Source: Balanoglossus misakiensis (lineage: Eukaryota; Animalia; Hemichordata). From it: a stretch of DNA of 64,000 bases. The position numbers and the translations under genes were made by a program. The stretch covers positions 5,380,509-5,444,508 of the forward strand of contig CM082586.2 in NCBI GenBank assembly GCA_040954595.2, given 5' to 3'. Below are positions 58,398 through 64,000 of this stretch, in pieces (positions within the stretch are counted from its first letter, which is position 1; each line of letters begins with the position of its first letter). The notes below the pieces were generated by a model. That model ran no database searches and was not told where the DNA came from. It saw only the letters and a list, made by a program, of their open reading frames with translations.

Positions 58398-61300
58398 TCA
58401 GTAGGTGAGAGAACCAGAGCCCGGAGTTCTACTGTCCGCATGGGAAGACAGTCTATCCTTGGCCTTCAAAACTCCAAACACACTACTCAAAGGCTCCACT
58501 TTGACAACAGTATGGCCTCGGCTTTCAAGACCACTGACGACAGCCGCAGACACACCATCTGAAGAATCAATTATGAATGACGAGTTATCGACCAATGTTT
58601 ATCTTTTTTTATTGAAAATGCCATTTATAGATAAGTCTCTTTCATTTTGGGATAAATGTGTAACATTAATCTTCCACATAACATCCAAAGATGATTCATT
58701 TAACCCTTCCATCACCATGGTTCAGCCCAAACTCTTTGTTTTCTATGGTACGGTAGGACCTCTAAAGAGGGGAACTGGGGGTGTATAAAGGGTTAAAGGT
58801 CATCATCTCCTTACCTTCAACTTCCACCTCATTGGGTACTAGATGATGATGTAATCTGCTTTCCTCTACCGCGCCGCTGATGGTATTCACACCCAACGAC
58901 AGAAGATTGAGGAAGACTTCCGCCACGCCCGTTCCAATCCTCGTGCCATTGGTGCCCCCGATGGCAAACCTGGGTAGGCAAGCGTCCTTCTCGTTGTACA
59001 CGATCACCGGTGTCGTGCTAGATAGAGGGCGCTTTCCTGGGGCAACGTAGTTGGCCTGGAGTACGAGAAGACAGAGTGACATTTGAATAACTGCTATGCC
59101 TGTACAACATATCTCTTCATCCACCAAAAAACCGGGATTTTCGAAATACCGGTACTGTACTCACTTTGCTGAGCGTCAAGCCGGCATCTGCAAGGTCCGA
59201 TTGTTTCTCTGGCCACGTGAAGTCATCCATTTCATTATTGAGTATAATGCCATCTGGTGTGATGACCTTACTGCCAAACATATGATTTACTGTTCTGAAA
59301 GTGGAAGGAAAGTTTTGTCTAATTCTCTTTTCAATGTATGCATTCTTTTGCTCAGTCCAAAGCCATAATTTGTTTTCTATGAAAGGTTGGACTTCTACAG
59401 AAGGAATTTGGGGTGAAAGGGTTATTTTAATCTTGTGCATGGAGTACATACATTATACGAGATAGAGCTTACTCACGTAGTAACAGAAACCATGTTGTCA
59501 TCGTTGTCTATGACCGAGATGTGTGCCGTGCCCTGTGATGATGACGGGATGTATGGTCCATAGTGGCTTGGTGCGTACGTGGTGTTGTCATTGATCAGAT
59601 TTCTCAGCACCTGAGCTGAAGATTTACTGTGATGCCAATACAAAAATAACACGTAGCATTAATTTTTCATTGGAGAATTCCAATACCATTTGGAACCAGT
59701 AATTATCAATCATCAATGTATAATCACCTCAGCATAATGTTCTGCATGTCTGTTGCATTGTCCACAAAATTGGGATCTCCTAACTCAGTCTCCTGTGCAA
59801 AGGCATACTTGAAGGCCTGTTGGAATGAAAATATAATGAAATTCCTGAATACAACACAACAACAAGATTTAATCTACTGAGATGATGTATTTTAATTGCA
59901 TGCAGTGATTCTATTTCAAAAACATATACCCTCTTTGGAAGTTTGTATACTAGTAAGTAGGTATGAATACCTTAATCAGCACTGACAATACTATTAAAAT
60001 ATAGAGGGAGTCAAACCTCTATTATCCTGTGATAGGTGAGTGGCTGACCTCGGTCAGCCCTGGTGAAATTATATCCTTCTAAGATGTTGATGATGGACAT
60101 GAAGACAGGTCCTCCTGATGGCACTGGTACACCATGTACAATGTAATCTACAAACAGAGTGTATAATAATTATAGAAAGTGTGATCACAGCAACACTAAC
60201 AGAATTCCTGGAGAGGTCAGGTAACCCGCCAGTAGAAGTCACAGAGGAGGGTGTGTACACTGACAAAAGCCGTCTACCACAGCCATGGTGAAACACTGTA
60301 TATGCATGGACAGGGATGAATACATGTACAAGCACTCACCATGATATTTGGTTTCCAGTGATGTTTTAGCAATCGCTTGGTAACTCTGGAGATCTGCTCT
60401 GGTCAGAATACCGCCGGATGCTTTCACCTGTCAAAGACAAACCAAAGTATTATGAGCTTACCCTTTGATTCAAAACATAGAAGTGGTACGAGATATTTCA
60501 CATATCACAGTGAGTAACTTAGAGTGGGTGTGAAAATTTACAGGAAAATATATACTTCTCAACCCAATACTTACAGTGTAAATGATGTTATCTGTCAAGT
60601 TTCCATCATAAAATGCATCAATTCCCTCACTGGCTATTAAACCGAGTGTCCTAGCTAGATCTGGTCTTGTCAGATCATCGTCTGCCTTCACCTTGACGCC
60701 GTCAGGAGCATAGATTTCTTTCAAACCCTCTGTCATGTCAGGGTAGTGCTTCTCCACTGCTTTCTCTGTCAAAACAAAAATCAACAATATAAGCCCCTCC
60801 ATGGTCTTGGGTACGTGACCCTTCCACCCCTACTATGCCAGTGAAATGGAATATTCCAATGGATTTCTGCAGTATATCATACTACCGGGGGTAATTGATG
60901 TGGAATGTAGCAATCACTCCATAATGACATATTCCCCTTGTATCATTGTAAAGTCTTTGCAAGTGCTTGGATGGGAAAATGGCTATTATATTTTGTATAC
61001 CTGTATGCTCAGTCACTTTGAATCCATTGGTTGCCAGGTTGATAGTCGGAGTAAACAATTCGGACCAGGGGATTTTGCCATATTTCTTCCATGCTGTGTA
61101 CATGCCGTGCAATTCACCAGGTACAGCTACAGCCAGTCCTCCCTGAAGAAAACAAAATATTATTCTTCAACTGAAGTTGAAAGTACATGTATTACATGTA
61201 TATATGCAATTGAAATCATAGCTTAGCCCGACTGGACACATTTTAATAATGTATATGATCCAACACTGAAGCCTTCGGGGAATTAATCTCACTGATGGAA

Positions 61301-62982
61301 TGGATAGGTGCAAAGTAACACCACACAGCCACAAACCTTTTTAGCCAGAGTTGCATCAGCCCTGAACATGTCCTCTGTAGAATCAGCTGGCGCGGTCTCA
61401 CGAAAGTCAATGGCTTCTACGGACTTTTTAGTCTTGACTAACATGAAACCACCACTGTCGGTGAAAACAGAAAGAGCAAGGTGATTCAGGTCATTGTAGT
61501 GATGGTGACAGATTTAACAAGCCTTTCCACCAAAGGTCACTTTTATATGAAACGCTAAATATCATCCTTAATCTTAGCTAATTAAACAACAGACAAGTTT
61601 CAATTGATAGTGATACGCAATGTCACATTGCCAGGACAACTCACCCTCCAATTCCGGAACTCTCAGCGTTGACAACACCCACACACAGCATGGTTGCTAT
61701 GGCAGCATCAACAGCGTGACCTTTCCTCTTGAGGATGTCAACTCCGACCTCGGAGCACTGCTTCACGTTGCAAGACACCGCGCCATGGGGCTCAACCTGT
61801 CAAGACATTCAATTAATCAATGTTAAGTACATGTACAATACATTTGCCACTCTTGTAAGTAAAATGAACTCTTCCCAAGAAACTTGGCATCATCTGGTGT
61901 AGTGCATGGAAATCAGGGTTAACCCTTTCACCCCCAGTTCTCTTTTTACAGGTCCAACCTTACCATAGAAAACAATGGGTTAGGACTGAACCATGGCGGC
62001 AAAAGGGTTAAAATATCTACAGTTGCAGACTCACCTGCCCAGGACCCAGAAGGATGTGAATAACCATGGCGATGGTCACAGCGATAGAGAAGGTAACCCC
62101 GGCGATGATGACAGCCTTGAGGCCATCGCCGGCACACGGTGAACTTGACGATTTCTGATTGAGGTGCAGCGGTGATTTCTCAGAGTCTGTTGAGCCATGA
62201 TGTAGTTGAGCTGAAACAGAAATACAATGGGGGTGTCTCTTTACATTATAGAATGCATTGTAATGACAGGATAAACCAAGACTCGGCAAAACGTAGCCTA
62301 GAATATCTTTTTTGTGGGGGTGGGTGTAGTATATTGTCCTCATCAGCTGACAAGCTTTTGATCATTGCTAAAATAACTTATTGTAAGGTCACACCCAATA
62401 GGGTTAGGTCACAGTGAAAATTCATGAGAAAATACTGATTTTAAACATTTTCTTTAGCCTTACCCAGGATCCAAACAACCAATCTGGATTCCTGTTTTAT
62501 AATTAAATGTTTTCTTGTTTGAAAAAATAAATATGATTGCTGTATTAATTAATAATAATATGCATAGTCGTGTTTCTCTAGGTTACGTCACAACTATTGT
62601 AAATTTCACACAATTTTTATAACCAATTTTTGCACTGTACAATGGTTGAGTCCCTTACATAATACGGTATACCAGCCTATTATACGGGGTTTTGACAAAG
62701 GTTATGTTTTGTTAACATATGCATATTCTACAGGCGCCACGATCAGAAATAAATTCGACCAGCAGACCAACAGACAGCGGATTAAAATAGTATTTAAAAA
62801 CATGACACACAAATCGACAGCCATGATAATATTCAGGGTCACTGCTATTGCTTACCTGATGAATCGATACTGCCGTTCTCTAAATGCAGATCGAGCACAG
62901 GCGTGAGAGGTGAGCCGTCTTGGTGGTCTTCTAGTTTTGAATAAGTCGACACCGGTTTTTCGGTGTCGCCGGAATGGCTCAT
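58398..62982 (-). CDS. GGT7: Gamma-glutamyltransferase / glutathione hydrolase 7-like (type II membrane)
   Basis: About 13 exons: 62982-62856, 62210-62035, 61796-61645, 61454-61337, then approximately 61142-60981, 60765-60572, 60427-60339, 60146-60017, 59816-59727, 59626-59476, 59296-59164, 59056-58814, 58558-58398. GGT7-like 'CAGDGLKAVIIAGVTFSIAVTIAMVIHILLG'; HAVDAAIATMLCVGVVNAESSGIGGGGFM; IDFRETAP; GTAHISVID; FGSKVITPDGIILNNEMDDF; PGKRPLSSTTP; ADSR. Confidence 0.92.
58700..58796 (+). mobile_element. piggyBac-type MITE copy (TTAA-CCCTT...AAGGG-TTAA)
   Basis: Both TTAA flanks intact; same internal core as the 49646 and 61919 copies. Confidence 0.85.
59350..59425 (+). mobile_element. Degenerate MITE copy
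   Basis: ctcagtccaaagcc...ttgttttctatgaaaggttggacttctacagaaggaatttggggtgaaagggtta. Confidence 0.65.
61919..62011 (-). mobile_element. piggyBac-type MITE copy, inverted orientation
   Basis: ttaa-ccctttcacccccagttc...ggtccaaccttaccatagaaaacaatgggttaggactgaaccatggcggcaaaaggg-ttaa; 85 bp between the TTAA duplications. Confidence 0.88.
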
Positions 62983-63865
62983 TTTTATCTCAGAAACAAT
63001 CAATATTTCCAATATTTCTCTCACTCTCACTGCACGATATGAACACTGAGGGCGCCGGGCGTGTCCCTTTCACTTACACCCTAGGAGCGTGGTAATTTTC
63101 GAGAGCCCCTTAACCCAGTTTTCACTTTCAGAGTACTCAAGTCACGTGAGACGCAGTGTTCAGCGGACTGTAGTCAAAAGAGTTTCGGATTAATTATCAA
63201 AGATCATTATGTTGTTTTTGTGCGTATTTTTAATAAACAGCAAACACTGTGGGTTGAAATTTGTTGCTTATTACTCAGTACACAGACTGATATCAACGCG
63301 CAAAGTTGCATGGGAAATCGCAGACCGGAAGTGCGGAAAATGACCAGACGACATTATGTATATTACATGTTTTGCACGGAAAATGTTGAATTTTGCGTGC
63401 AAAACATCAAAAATAGGAAGGTGGATATGGTTTGAAAATAAAAAGAAACCAAGTACAAGTTGATACTTTCACTGGTGAGTACCCCTATGTATGTTTTTAG
63501 ACTGTAAATTTGTATATCGGGAAGATATCATAGTTTTTCTTGTGCTTTAGCGACAAGCGACGTCGCACGGCGAGACTACGGCTACACGTACGCGGGCGGC
63601 CGGGCGCTGCTCTCTCGGCAGCCGATGACCCGACCCGTACGTTCACGTCCCGTTGTCCAAGTGACTAGTTGCGTCGGCTCGCCGCAAAAGCACAGGAAAA
63701 ACTACGATATGATACCAGGCTACGATATCTTCCTGATAATTATATAATATTGCAGTCTAAAAACGTACATGGTGGTTCTCACCAGTGAAAGAATCAACGG
63801 GTAACTTGGTGTGCCCCTCCACACACAGTACATTAGTGATATTAATTTAACAGGCAAAATAAGTT

Positions 63866-64000
63866 TGCCTAACCGTTCACCACTGTTTATGGTGGCATGT
63901 GATTTAGCCTAACCGTTCATCATTGGGCATGGGTAACTGCTTATGGTGGCATATGATTTTGCCTAACCGTTAACCATTGGGCATAGGTGACTGCTTATGG
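63866..64000. repeat. Minisatellite (~40-53 bp unit gcctaaccgtt...ctgcttatggtggcat.tgattt), continuing past the window end
   Basis: Three starts of gcctaaccgtt at about 63867, 63907 and 63961. Confidence 0.85.

Noticed and set aside
63117-63130. IRF-like GAAAGTGAAAA near the GGT start
   Set aside because: Imperfect single match in AT-rich DNA with no supporting context.

Overview
AT-rich, intron-rich eukaryotic genomic DNA with GT-AG introns and microsatellites. The gene set (ST8Sia sialyltransferase, GGT7-like, cystin-like) points to an invertebrate deuterostome such as a hemichordate, echinoderm or amphioxus; this is inference. Seven multi-exon genes could be assembled by hand from splice sites and reading frames: (1) an IFI44-like P-loop GTPase with an N-terminal hydrophobic helix, a ubiquitin-like segment and a C-terminal CaaX box (+, 2461-4725); (2) a convergent short-prodomain caspase-3/7-like gene (-, 6276-8288); (3) an ST8Sia-family sialyltransferase (+, 15947-20358); (4) a CABIT/proline-rich/SAM adaptor of the GAREM/THEMIS type (+, 23672-28090); (5) a helical-repeat + MYND-finger protein with a huge acidic exon and a CaaX end (+, 29771-38722); (6) a myristoylated cystin-1-like protein (+, 41235-56093); (7) a GGT7-like gamma-glutamyltransferase (-, 58398-62982). 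Also present are a TTAA-flanked piggyBac-type MITE family, a pogo/Tigger-type MITE, a fold-back element, a decayed antisense multi-exon ORF nested in an intron, and signs of local duplication around the IFI44/caspase pair. Most short ORFs in the supplied track are spurious. All exon models are manual predictions, not validated by transcript data.
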